NCBI GenBank assembly: GCA_963693365.1
Contig: CAVNZM010000009.1
Span: forward strand, 8,289,408 to 8,353,407
DNA length: 64,000 nt
Direction of reading: 5' to 3'
From: Amoebidium appalachense
Taxonomy: Eukaryota; Protista; Ichthyosporea
How positions within the stretch are numbered: position 1 is the first letter of the stretch; the number at the start of each line of letters is the position of its first letter. The position numbers were made by a program, and so were the translations under genes. The notes beneath the pieces were generated by a model. The model searched no databases and was not told the origin of the DNA. It saw only the letters and a program-made list of their open reading frames with translations. Positions 51,125 to 64,000 of the stretch are shown here, piece after piece.

Positions 51125-52652
51125 ATGACGGTCCCACCGGCTCAGCAAGAGCGCAAAGCGAAGTTCGTCGTCCCTGAGTCGGACGACGACGAACTCGACA
51201 GAGAGGGCGAGCCTCTGCTTGGTGGTGACGCTCCATCGTTTTCAAGCAGGTTTGTGGCATGAAACAGCACTCAGCACTCAGTGAAAGTCTATATCTGCTT
51301 GAAGATGCGTGTTGCTTTCGTCGGGGTATGTTTCTAAGCGTGGATCTGTTAGGGGGGAAATAAGCATCTACAAGTGGATGCAATAGCTGAGGGGAGGGAA
51401 GATCTTAATGTTCACCCCAGCTGGGTTGGTGCTGCTGTCGTGCTTGCTCCGTACTGATATCGTTTTCTACAGGTGTCGTGTTCAGATGTATGAAGCATGG
51501 GACTGGGCAATCCACCCGAATGGAGAGCCTCTTCTTCCAGAGATCTGGCGGAGTTTGAAGCCCGGTTTCACTGTGGCGTTGGTCAACATTCCCCTCTCCA
51601 TTGCACTTGCCTTGGCCTCTGGTTCAGATCCCAACGCTGGTATCTTGACGGCTTTCTGGGCTGGTCTAGTTGCGGCCATTTTCGGCGGCACGCGATTTAA
51701 CATCGTGGGTCCTACTGGTGCTCTTTCAGCGGTGCTGCTGAGACAGGCGTCTGAACACGGGAAGGACATCCTCCCGTTGTTGGCCATTATGACTTCCGTT
51801 TGCACGATGCTTGTATGGGTCTTCCATCTGGACAGGTGAGTTATCTGCTCTGTGGTAGTGACTTTCAGACAATTTTGGACCCTTTTTGATTCTTTCCGGC
51901 CTGTTGGCATGCCTGCTTTTGTGTGTGTGTGATGGTGGTGGTGGATAGTAGTAAAGTCGGTGGTGGTGGAGAGTAGTAAAATTAGGTGTATAAAAAACAT
52001 CAACTGACATTTTCCCCTCACAGATATGTTATGTTTATCCCTTCCTCTGTGATTCATGGCTTCACTTTGGGTGTTGCTGTCATCATCGGTTTCGGCCAAC
52101 TGAACAACGCCCTCGGCCTTCACCACCTTCCCCCTCACGAAAGCTTTGTTGGCCGCATTATGGAGTCCTTGAAGCACATCGGTGACTGCAACCCAAACGC
52201 AGCCATATGGTTTGTTTGCAACTTCGGTCTTCTCATGTTCTTGGCTACTAAGTTTGGAAAGGTGCCCTGGGCTATCGTGTTTGCAACCATCGGCATCATC
52301 GTTGGGTACTTGTGTGAGCAGAACAAGCTCGGTGATTTCAAGCTGGGTACTCTCGGTGATGACTATGGCGACCTGACTCTCCAGATCATCCGAGTTCCTA
52401 ACATCACTGCATCCATGTTTACGTTTGACGCCTTCACGGCCTCACTCACCATCACTTTCATTGGTGTGCTAGAGACGTTGATCTCTGCGCGCATTGCTGA
52501 TGGTATGACGAAGACGACACATGACCAGGTGAGTTCTATTTTGTGTTCCTGCTGTGTTTGGCTCCTAACTTCTACGTGCTTTCCTTCCTATATTCCTTAA
52601 GAGTAGCTGCCCCTCTCCCCCCTCCCCCCCCCTCCCCAAACTTCCCGCGCGC

Positions 52653-52684
<32 letters not shown>

Positions 52685-53226
52685 CCCCCCCCCCCCCCCA
52701 ACATACACACACACACACACACACACCACTCGCGGATCATGCTGCTCTACTTATGATGCAAATTCTTTCATACCATCTCTTTCCCCCAACCCCGCCCTTA
52801 CCCCTCCCTTCCCGTTCCTGGTCCGCCCCTCCTCCCCCTGTCTGTCTGTCACTCACCCAGCACCATGTTGCTTGGCTGCCTTTCCCGCTCCTGCTGCCCA
52901 CGCATGCACACACACACCCACCCACAGAAACACAGAAACACACATGCACCAAACACAAAACTCTCTTGCACAGTAACATATACATGATACTGACCTGTTT
53001 CACCCCTTGACAGCGCCGTGAGGTGTTTGGCCTTGCACTTGCCAACGCTGTTGGTGGTGCTCTGGGTGGTATTCCCGCCACGGCCGCTCTTGCCCGCACA
53101 GCCCTCAACATCAAGTCTGGCGCACGCACACGGGTTGCTGCTGTGGTCAACTGTATTGCTGTGCTCCTGCTTGGTATCTTTGTCATGCCATACTTCAAGG
53201 TAGGTGATTGGTGCCCTCCACAAACA

Positions 53227-53294
<68 letters not shown>

Positions 53295-54150
53295 GGATCA
53301 TACCACACACACACGTGCGCACCAACAAACACTGTAGGGAGGGAGGGGAGGGGGTGGGGATGGGGGGAATGCCGAGGGATGGAATGTCACGAGAGAGCAA
53401 GGCAGAGAGAAGGAGAGGCCGAGGGATGGAATGTTTGCTCTAGCTGCCACTTCTTCTGACTTTTGCTACCCCACTCAGCACCTTTGTGCTCCCCTCCCCC
53501 TCCCACCTCCCTCCCCCCCGGTGTGGCTTTTTATGCTCCCACACAAGTCTACACTCACTGCATCATGCACATACATCTCAAGCCCCAAACCACATCTACC
53601 TCACATACCCCCCCCCCCCCCCCCCCCCCTCCCCCCCTCACCACCACCACCACCACCCTCCCCCCCCTCTTCCCCCCTAACACTAACCCCATAATTGTTC
53701 CACACCAACAGTACATCCCCATGGCCACTGTTGCGGCCCTTCTTGCGATGGTTGCCGTGCGCATGGTTGCTATGGACCACCTGTTGCACATGTGGCACTA
53801 CGACAAGGTCATGCTACTCGTTGCACTTCTTTCCGCATTCTTCTGCATTGCCATCGACACGATGGTGGGCATCTTGGTTGGTGCTGTCGTGTCTCTTCTG
53901 ATCTTTGTCGACAAGATGAGCGTGGGTCATAGCGAGGTGCATCTGCACAAGGGCAAGAAGACGCTTTCCCACCTGGACCTGACGGTATGTTCACCGCCTG
54001 TGTTTTGTTGGTTGCATCGGGCACAACCCATCTAGCGGAGAAATCACACACCTATACGCTCACACCGCCCTGTTATATTTGAGCGTAGTGGGGACTTTTC
54101 TGATATGCTTGCATGGGTTTTAGGCGAGCAGAATTTAGGGGCAGACAGCC

Positions 54151-54182
<32 letters not shown>

Positions 54183-54323
54183 TTAGGCCTCAGAAACCAC
54201 ACAGGATACTCTATTCGAACAAACTTTGACATGCTGAGGGACGACAAAGCACGGGAGGAGTTCTTAGGGAGGAGAAGGTGTAGGAGGAAGAGGATTGGTT
54301 GTTGTTTTTTTTTTTTTTTTTTT

Positions 54324-54362
<39 letters not shown>

Positions 54363-55333
54363 TATTTGGAGGGCTTATGTTAATCTTGCACGTCTCTAAT
54401 CTTGCGATACGTTCAGGCTCTGGACCACCACACGCCCAACGCACTGTACAAGAACCAGCGGGCCAGCAACTCAAACCTTAACCTGGGTGCATCGGGAAGC
54501 ACCAGCCTGGGGGTTCCTTCTGGGGACATCCACCCGGCATCAAGCACAAACACACTGACAGGTGCAAGCAGTGGAAATCTGGCTACGGCTGCAAACCCCC
54601 CGCTGAGGAGGAGTTTGGGGATGTGCTTGTGTACCGCATTACGGGTCAGCTTACTTATGTGAATGGCTTGGCTCATGAGCACCGTCTCATACAGGTGGGT
54701 GGGGCTGTGTGTGTGTGTGTTGGGGGGCAGGGGGGGGGGGGGATTAGGCGTGGGTTGGGGTTTAGATGGGTGTGATTAGATGAGTGTGTGTGTGTATGTG
54801 TGTGTGAAAATGTATGATGCGATACAGAAGAAAGGATGATGAGAAGACCATTGTAAATAGCGTAATAACCAACGAGGAAGGAGACGGAGCAAGAAGGGGT
54901 TGGGGGGGTGGGGGGGGTGATGCCTTCTATAAACTTCGTTACTCATTATGTTGCAATTGTGGAAGGTGTGTGGGCGCGGGGCGGGGAGGGGGGGGGGGGG
55001 GGGGGGGGCAGCACATTCTTTTGTGGTTCCGGAGGGGGGGGGAGGGGGGGGGAGGAGCGCATTCTGTGTGGTTCCGGGGGGAGGGGGGGGGGGGGGGGGG
55101 GGTCCATAATTCTTGTGTGGTTACCATAAACGCAGTTCACTGACATATCTTTCGGAACTTTTGCAGGCAGCACAGGACGACCACATCATGTACATCATCA
55201 TCTCCCTGCGCTATCTCTTCTATGCTGACCTCGACGGTTTGGACACTTTGGCTCAGATTGTCGAAAAGCTCGAGACCACAAATGTCAAGGTGTGTGTGTA
55301 TTGGTGGTCGACAGGGTGTGTGGTGGTGGTGGT

Positions 55334-55388
<55 letters not shown>

Positions 55389-56136
55389 TGTGTGTGTGTC
55401 TGTGGGTGGGAGGGGGGGAGATGTAAGGGCAGAGTTGTTGCGAGTGGTCAGGGACGGTGGGGGGAGGGGGGGGGGGGAGGGGAGTGGGGGGGTTGGAGGA
55501 GGGGGAGTGGGTGATAGAAACTGTTGCCAGTTGAAAGTCAGATCCAATTATCGATGACCCATTTGGATACGGCCTGGGTCAGAGCATTTACAGATGGACT
55601 TGAGGAGTAGTGAGTACGGTAGGATGATGGAGAAAGCCATTGCACAAGAAGGGGGGGGGGGGGGGGGGGGGGGTGTTCATATGGCATTCATTAGCCATGC
55701 ACCAGCATTTTCTTACACATTTTGCATTTGTCCCGTTCAGGTGCTCGTCTCTGGTGTGCCGTCTGGGCTGATCAGCAACCAGCTGGGCCACTTTGACTGG
55801 TTCAAGCAGAAGAGGGCTACGGGCTCTGTGTTCCACAGCTACATCCAGGCCTTGGACCACCTTTACGGCATCGAGGAACGCAACAACCAAAGCGACATTG
55901 CCTTCAGAGAAACGGAAACGGAAACGGAAACCTTCACATCAACGGCTATCGACGTGCCCAACGTTCAGCCCTCGTACCTGGAGGCCCGCCCCCAACTCGC
56001 AGCGGAGAGAAAGAAGTCTATTGAACGTCTGCGTAGGTCTATTTCGAACACCCCGGGGGGATCTAACTTCAGAAATTCGGTAGAGGCTGCACAGGCGGAA
56101 GACACACGTGCACACGCTGCCGGGTATGGCTTGTGA
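51125..56136 (+). CDS. SulP/SLC26-family anion transporter with C-terminal STAS domain (8 exons; apparent 1-nt frameshift near 54596-54601)
   Basis: Exons 51125-51249, 51473-51835, 52024-52528, 53014-53199, 53712-53984, 54417-54694, 55167-55289, 55741-56136, all GT-AG. Motifs: TVALVNIPLSIALALASG, IFGGTRFNIVGPTGA, VIHGFTLGVAVII, LETLISARIAD, GGIPATAALARTALNIKSGARTR; STAS start VLVYRITGQLTYVN and ADLDGL. Confidence 0.93.
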
Positions 56137-57532
56137 GCGTGAGTGTAACGAGTGCGATTTCGTTTCTGTGTGTGTGATAGATAGGACGAGTGGTGGGTGT
56201 AGAATGACATTGAAGCCCCATTTGTGAATGTGTGCGAACTTTACGATGTTAGAGTAAGGCTCGTAGCAATGTTGTGTTGTATCGTATTTTCTTTTCTTTC
56301 CGTTCTGAGAATGAAATGTGCTTTTGCTGTTGCGCCTTAGACACGAGTTTTTTCTGCCACCTATGCTCGAACAATAACGTCTTCATAATCTCTAAACTGT
56401 ACACAAGACTCTCAACCCCCAATAATAATTCTTTCTTAGTGCATAAGCGTGCAGGCAGACACTGGTGTCACCGTGTGCTAGTAAACATTGATGAATCACA
56501 TAACAGCATTGCATGGTTCCTTAACCCAGTGTGTACGTAGCACGTCATGACCCAGTGGTGGGTCTTTTTGCGGGCGGACTGTGCCCCCCTCAGTCCCCCC
56601 CCCCCCCCCCCCCCCCCCCGTCAAAAGACAACACACAAACACACACACACATAATACATACACACACGCCATACGCACACACACACACACAGACGAGTGC
56701 TATTATAAAACGACTAAAAAAATACAGAAAGTAGGAATATCGTAATCTCAAAAAATTCTGCATGAACCAGTAATGCGATCTGACTGATTAGTCAAATATG
56801 GAAATTTGGGTGGGAAGCTTTGGGAGGGAGAGAGGGGAGGGGGGGGGGGGGGGGGGGGGGGAGGGGGGCCTTATCCCTTCCCCCCTCCCCCCCTGCCTAC
56901 AGCGCGCGCATGTACACCGCGTGACACACACACGCACATGCACACGCACGTGCACACACACACACACACACACACACGTACACACGCACGCGTCACATAC
57001 ACAGCCCCCTTCACACATACACACACGCCGCACACACCACTTTAATAATAGTCTAGTGCATGCACATACGCACACACACATGTACATACACACACACACA
57101 CACCTCCCCTCGGAGGGGAGGGTAGGGGAGGGGGGTGCTACCAGGGGGGACGTCGATTTTTGCTATTCCATCCCCCTCCCCCGCCTCCCTCCCTCCCCCT
57201 TCACCCCCCCATTATAAGCTAGCACATAGGGCCTTTAGCTATTTAAAACTTTGTGTAGTGTATGTGCAGGCGTGATACATGTGTGCAGTACTGCAGGTCC
57301 GTGTGAACCTTTGGTGGGAGTGTTTAAAGGTGTGTTGGCTAGCTAAAAATACCGGAGCACCCTAGCTAGAGTAGTCTGTCGGTGCTGGGTGGAAGACGGT
57401 ATTTCCCCCTGAGGGCCCAGAGGTCCCTCCGGGAACAAACGCAATAAAAAAAAAAAAAAAAGGTGAACTAATTATAAGCTTAAATTTGGTGCACACGTGT
57501 GTGGAATTGTGTGCGTGCCCCCTTCCCCCTCC

Positions 57533-57577
<45 letters not shown>

Positions 57578-57619
57578 AAACAACCCCCCCACCCAGCCCC
57601 CTTGGCAATCCTGGACCAG

Positions 57620-57659
<40 letters not shown>

Positions 57660-57729
57660 CCCTTCCCCCGAGGCTCGGCCCTTACTCCTCCCCTCCGAAT
57701 CCTCCCTCCCGGGGCCCTGCTAGCTAGCT

Positions 57730-57760
<31 letters not shown>

Positions 57761-58056
57761 AGGGGGTGAGACCACTAACGCCTCTCGCCGGCGCCCCCCG
57801 CCCCCTCCCCCCCTCCCCCCCCCCCCCCCCTCCCCTCGGGGGGCCCCCTCCCCCCGCCTCGAGGCCCCCCACCCCCCCCCCCTCCCCAATCACCACCACC
57901 ACTAGCAACACCACACACACACACACGTGTACACCACCACTTCCACCATGGCACCCCCACCACCACCATCATCCACGGGTCAGGCTTCCCCGGGCCTCGC
58001 CCCACCCACCCAATTCAGTAGTAGTGGTTCCAGTTCCGGACCCCCGGCCCCCGGTT

Positions 58057-58090
<34 letters not shown>

Positions 58091-58114
58091 CCCCTCCACC
58101 CCCCCCTTCCCCCC

Positions 58115-58146
<32 letters not shown>

Positions 58147-58498
58147 GCACACACCATGTTTCAAAATCAACCTTTCCTAACCGTTCAACTGAACTCGGAG
58201 AGCTTTGAGAGGAGAAGGTTCAAGGCTGGGCAAAGCGCATGCGCAGACCGCGGCAGCAGGGCGGATGATCCACATTGATCGCTGATCATCGTGGTTCGAT
58301 ATGCCGCGAATCCAAAACCGAGACCGTCACATTGTAGCTAGCCACGTGTATAGCTATATGCAGTTCATATTTAAGGTATAGTACACTGCTCCAAAAATAA
58401 TACAACAATAATGTACAGGCTATAATACAAACACAATAATTCATCTATTAGCATCAAGGATATGCAAACTTCCAAATTTGGAATCCAAATAGCGAAAT

Positions 58499-58938
58499 AT
58501 TGGAGCCAAAATGTGGAATGCATGTGTGACGGGGCAGTTCCGTTTTGATTGGCTTACGCAAGATTTCCCATTGGACCAGCAAGCCGGGCGCCGCCCGCAT
58601 GGTATCGCGTGCGCAGAGCGCGGCAAATGCTTTTGTTCGTCATGTTAGATATGGCACCGTCGTTGCTGCAACATTACTCACTATAGAATCTATGACAGTT
58701 GCCGAGGAGCATTATGAACATAGACATAATGCTTGTAAACTGTAATTAGTGTACATTCTTTTATGGTTTTGACTACTTTATGACCCGACAGCACAAGAAA
58801 ATGGAACCTAAGAGTACCAGAGCAATTATCTTGATGTTTCGCCCAAAGTGGCTCTTTTACCCACCTTTATCTGCTATTTGACGCAGATTGGCTGTTCGGC
58901 GAACTACAAAAGCACAAAGCACAAACAAACAACCCAAT
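58499..58938 (+). promoter_or_regulatory. CCAAT-box cluster upstream of cathepsin B
   Basis: ATTGG/CCAAT at 58499, 58548, 58570, 58887 and 58934, before ATG 58994. Confidence 0.4.
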
Positions 58939-58993
58939 TGTGTTTAGCTGTTGTGTTTGAAGAAGTTTATCCAAACAAGCCTATAGTTCAAAC

Positions 58994-59902
58994 ATGGCTA
59001 TAGGAAAACTAATAGGTGCCGCCCTTGTGGCCGCTGCCACCGCCACGCCCATCACTCTTGTTCAGCCTGAAAGCGTCCTGAGGAGAGATGAGCCTGAGCG
59101 CTTGGTAACCATCGAGCGCATCAACAGCATCAAAGCAGCACAAAACTCCTGGCGGGCTATTGACCTCCATGACTACACACGCCCTTTCTACAACTGGACT
59201 CTACCACAGGTGCAGCGCTTGCTGAATCCCGAGAGGATTCCTAGCGGTGCTAACGGAGATGAGCCCGATGCTTGGTCTAACCAGAGGTAAGATCCAACTA
59301 CCCTTGTTGTAGATCTAGGAGCTCCGGATGCGGGGTCATATGCATGTTAGAAGGTCCTCGTTTTTTCTGACAAAACGCATATGCGCATGCAGCTGCTTCC
59401 TTTCCGAAGCTTTTTCCATGTACGCTCGATAGAAGCAAGAGCCTGCACAACGATGTTTTCTTTTTTGGCCTATTGCTAGTGATGAGCCACAAGGAGCGTC
59501 TGTACATGCACACTCTAGATCTCGCCGCACTTTTGCAGCGCCGGCCATCCATTTCCCCGACGAATTTCACAACCCCTTTTTAAGCCCACACGGATGTGCC
59601 AGCTACTTCATTCACTAAATTTATCTTCTTTTTAACAGGCACATTCTCCCCATAAAAGACTACAGCCACGTAAATGCCTCGTCCCTCCCCGATCGTTTCG
59701 ATTCCCGTGAGAAATGGTTCGACTGCCAGACCATCCCTCTGGTGCGGGACCAGGGTGACTGCGGAAGTTGCTGGGCTTTTGGCTCCACCACACCCATGAG
59801 CGACCGTCTGTGCATCCACAGCAATGGCACTATTCAGGTAGGTGCTTTGATCACCTTGAGATTTTCTTCTTTTCTTTTCCTTTCCCTTCTTTACCCGCGC
59901 CT

Positions 59903-59934
<32 letters not shown>

Positions 59935-61152
59935 CCGTCCCCCCACCAACCGCCCACCCCCAACCCCCCCCCCCCCCCCCCTCCCCCCCCCTCCCCTCCG
60001 CCTCGTGGTTGCAAGGTTGCACCGGCTTCTATCTTACTCTCGTGACGTGAGCTGGAGGAGTAAGAACTCTGAAAAAGAATGAAAAGTGTATGTTTCACTA
60101 TTGCAGAAGTTAAGGGATTGATAGGTAGCGGAAACGCTTGTGATGTGCTTGTTTGTGGTCCGTGCGCTATGTGTGTCATTCCGAAAGGGAGGGGGGGGGG
60201 GGGGGGGGGGGGGAGATAAGACTATGTAATGTGGGTCACGGCATTTCAGTATGTGTGCCTTATTTAAAGGAGGTTTAAAAATGATACCCCCGGTCGCCAT
60301 CCCTTTTAATAATCAGGTACCGTACTATAAGTTGGGCGTGTAGGACATTTACTTGGAGCTAACCAAGGTGTTGTTATCTTTTTTTGAAACCGTAGAACTA
60401 GTGACGAAACGCCATCGCCTTTCAGACACTAAGTGCGACTCCCCACTTCCCCGTCCTCCCCCCTTCCCCCCCCCTCCTCCCCCCCCCCCCCCCCCCCTCA
60501 TCCCCTCCCTTCTTCCCCAGGATCTTGTCTCTGCACGTGACCTCATGTCGTGCTGCAGCTACTGTCTGGGCAACGTCACTGCTGGGGGCTGTGAGGGAGG
60601 TTTCTCACAGGATGCATACTACTTCTGGATGACAGAGGGCATTGTTTCAGGTATGTGTGCCTCCCCCTCCCCCCCCCCCCCCCCCCCCCCCCCGCCGCCG
60701 CCCCCAAAATACATGTAGTTTTCGAAATGATAACAAGTTTTGGGGACGTTCTGGGTCACAGTGGGGTGGGATGGGGTGCGGTTTAGATGGGATGACTTTA
60801 TGGTGGAAATGGTGAGGGAGGATGAATGGATGAAGGCAACCTGTTGATTGTTTTACTGATAGGCTGAGCTGGCAGCTGGAAAGGGAGAGGCAGGTGATCT
60901 CATGATCAGGAGGGTAGTATGTTGGCAGAGAGACGATGAGCAAGCAAGGGGGGATAATCAGTAGTAGCAAGCACAAATTCCCCCCCCTTCCCCCCCCCCT
61001 CCCCCCCCCCCAAAAAAAAAATAAAAAAATAAATGCTCCCCCTTCCCAACACCTCCCCTCCCTCATTTCGTCCAAGCTTTCTTCCTTACCCCCCCCCCCC
61101 CCCCCCCCTTTCCCTGCCCCTCCCCCCCTCCGCCTCCCCCCTTCCCCCCCCC

Positions 61153-61188
<36 letters not shown>

Positions 61189-62016
61189 TCCCCGCCTCGC
61201 AGTATCACCCACCCCTGGCCATGCCACTTATTGCTTGAGCAGTGCATTGATTTCTGATTGAAAGCTCTGAACACAAACCCCCCCCCCCCCCCCCCCCCCA
61301 CTTCCCCTGCCCCCCCCCCTCCTCCCCCCGGCCCCCCTCCCCCCCCACCCCACCCCAACCGGGGGGCTCGCCTAGCTTCGGCCACCACTCAACCCAAAGG
61401 CTTCCAGTCCCTTCTACCCTTCATCAGATTCTCCAAACCATACATCTAGTCTGCAAGCGCTAACAAGAAACACGATTCCGACTTTCACACCCACCATGCT
61501 ATCATGATTGGTAATAACCTTATCTATCTCTTCTTTTTTACAGGTGACAACTACGGCTCTGAACTTGGCTGCCAGCCCTATCCCATCCCCATCAACCTTC
61601 ATCACCGCGCCTTCCACGTCGCCTCTCCCATCTGCATGCGTGAATGCACCAACGACCACATCCGTCCTTACAAACAGGACAAATTCCGTGCTAAGGAGGT
61701 CTACCGTCTTCCCGCCAAAAACGAGGCTGCCGCTCAATGGGAGATTATGACTAGTGGTCCCATTACCGCTGGATATGCTGTGTATGATGATTTCCCACTG
61801 TATAAGGATGGTGTTTATGTGCAGACTTCGCAGAAGAAGGTTGGCGGGCACGATGTTACTATTTTGGGATGGGGAGAGGAGAATGGTCTCAAGTATTGGC
61901 TCGTTAAAAACAGCTGGAACCGCCTGTGGGGTCACCATGGCTTCTTTAAGATCCGCAGGGGTACGAATGAGTGCGGGATTGAAGATGAGATGGTGGCGGG
62001 TATCCCTGATGTTTGA
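58994..62016 (+). CDS. CTSB: Cathepsin B-like papain-family (C1A) cysteine protease, 4 exons
   Basis: Exons 58994-59286, 59639-59837, 60521-60650, 61544-62016, in phase, GT-AG. Signal peptide MAIGKLIGAALVAAATA; LPDRFDSREKW; catalytic Cys in RDQGDCGSCWAF; MSDRLCIHS; GCEGG; His in GGHDV; Asn in YWLVKNSW; C-terminal GFFKIRRGTNECGIE. Confidence 0.95.
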
Positions 62017-64000
62017 TGTTTAAAGGTGAGCAAGGAGTAGTTACAGGTTGTGATATTCCTACCTAATTTCATAAAATCTATAAAATATGGGCCCATGTGG
62101 CCATGTGTAAATATTCATGCATGCTAGCAAACGGTTTTGAGAAAATACCCAAAAGTGACAAAAAGTTGAAAGGAAATTATGAAAATGCTGAACAGTTAAC
62201 GTTCTAGGGCTGTCATGCTAGTAACCATGTCACGACAGAGTCTGCCAAATAGTATGTGGTTTTTCTTCTGAAACCCTAGAATTCGGTTGACTAGCTGAAG
62301 ACAGTTCAAACTGCTGTAGCTTTTGCACTTCCAGCAAGTACCCTCCCGGCGTTGTATTTCTATGTATCAGGCGCATGCGCACACGGTGCTATATCGATAT
62401 TCTGCACAAGTCTGTTGGACTGCCCTAGGTATAGGGTGCGGGAGCGGGGACCGGGCAAAATGTCAAAAGTATCATAATGCTAATGTAGCGGGATAGCTTT
62501 GATGGCGAATGAGATAGAAAACAATACAAACTTTAAACCTTTATTCATCAGTGATTGCAATTGGATTGTTTCGGATTGTATCATTGCAGTATATCATGTA
62601 CACTTAGCAGGTCACCGTGCAGCTGCATACACTCCTTGTATCACCAGTGTCATCATACTTTCAATTTATTTCTGAGTCGACGGTTATGTATTTTTCCGTG
62701 TACATCATGAAAATGAGTTTGCAACGAAGTTGGGCGTGCACTATGTACCAACTCTTGCATACAGTGTATGAAACACTAGTGGTTAAGTGGGTGCTCTCAT
62801 AGACTAAGTCGACGGAATCACCGTGCATTGGATATCATGGGGGCTATAGGGTACCGGCTCACCCACCACGTGCTCACATCGACTATACTGCAGCTGCCCT
62901 ATAGCGTCCCAAATAACCTAGCGGACTAGTGACTGCTTTTCGGTGATTTGCAGTTTTGGTTACGAACACGATGTACGAACCGGAGGTTATTGGCGGTTTT
63001 ATTCTCTTTTCTTCCTCTCTTCCTCAATATATCCGTTTTAAAATGACTATCCTAGATCACCTTATTAATGCTGCACAGTATGATATTGTGATCCGGTGCC
63101 TTAACTTTCTTTCGGAGCTACCGATGCTAGCCTCTGCTTACCCATAATATGTAATAGGGGTGTCATATACTACGATGGCGCTCATTGTTGCCTTAGCCTA
63201 GCATGTACATATGTCACTGGCTGCATTTGATTGGCTGCGCTGGAAAACGCAGTAGGCCGTCGAATGTGGCTGGGCCTCCGGCAGTGTCCACGTAATAAAA
63301 AGTGTGTAAACCCCTCTCGTGGAAGGTACATATTAATCTGGCGATAATGATATATTTGGTAAATACTCATTTTATCCACCAATCGGAAGAAGATGGTGTG
63401 ATGATCAGCATCACACATCTCTTCCTGTAGAAGCGACTATAAAGTCGTGTTTTTCGCTTCTCTCAAACAGTCTTTCCCTCGCCGCGCGCGTTAGTGAGGC
63501 CGGTCTAGTGACCAAGACCAAAGCTTTTGAGCGCAGTGAGCGCTATAGTCAGTCGTGTAGGTCCCTAGACTTAAGCTATAATAATAGGCCCAGGAACCGC
63601 AGATCATTGAGACCGGATGCACTCATGAGTTTTTGCAAAACCCAAGTGGGGTTGTGTTTTCAAATTGGGGTTGTTTGTGTAGCTATAAGCACCTAGGCAC
63701 GTCTGGCAACGTTAGCCCGTGTGGGCTGCTCGCGTGAGCATGTACAGCAGCAACGTGTGCTGCTCTCTAGTCCTAGTGTGGGCCCCGGCAGCAGTGGTCT
63801 GTGCGGGGCCGGCCGGTTATGTGTGCTCCCAGTAAGCCAGTGGGCGGGGTAGCACCTGCACCGCTCTATCAACGGGTGCGTGCGTGCCACGACGAGTGGG
63901 CGCGCGGTGGAGCAGCCAAGGACGTGCTCTTCTGGATTAAGTATGGCATCACACCCGAATGGTGCGCTCAGCCTGGGCCGCCACCTCCCCACGACATGCC

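Noticed and set aside
62760-64000. LTR or other element at the window end
   Set aside because: Composition differs from the rest, but no terminal repeat, primer-binding site or ORF homology is visible within the window.

Overview
Eukaryotic, intron-rich genomic DNA saturated with poly-C/poly-G tracts and (CA)n/(CT)n microsatellites. The RPA2 protein looks animal/fungal-like, so a unicellular opisthokont is plausible; that is inference only. Almost all supplied ORFs are low-complexity artefacts. Four spliced genes on the + strand were reconstructed by hand: a PHD-finger + HMG-box protein (13228-~18394), RNA polymerase I second-largest subunit RPA2/POLR1B (23843-45851, 29 visible exons), a bacterial-type SulP/SLC26 transporter with STAS domain (51125-56136) and a cathepsin B (58994-62016). 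The most striking signal is a ~130-nt cassette repeated almost identically in 8 different RPA2 introns and nowhere else in the window. It consists of a canonical 78-nt box C/D snoRNA whose D' guide is complementary to LSU rRNA GAGCUGGGUU (yeast snR69/Cm2948-equivalent site), a fixed spacer, a CTRAC branch-point motif and a (CA)n tract. RPA2 also lacks about 75 essential codons (GYDMEDA region) exactly at one cassette, suggesting an assembly collapse between copies. Other signals: poly-C directly after many 5' splice sites, (CA)n in place of polypyrimidine tracts, a hairpin-rich ~450-bp tandem/dispersed intronic repeat, a frameshifted giant-virus-like nuclease remnant, decayed dioxygenase-like paralog remnants, a TIR element and a MITE family.
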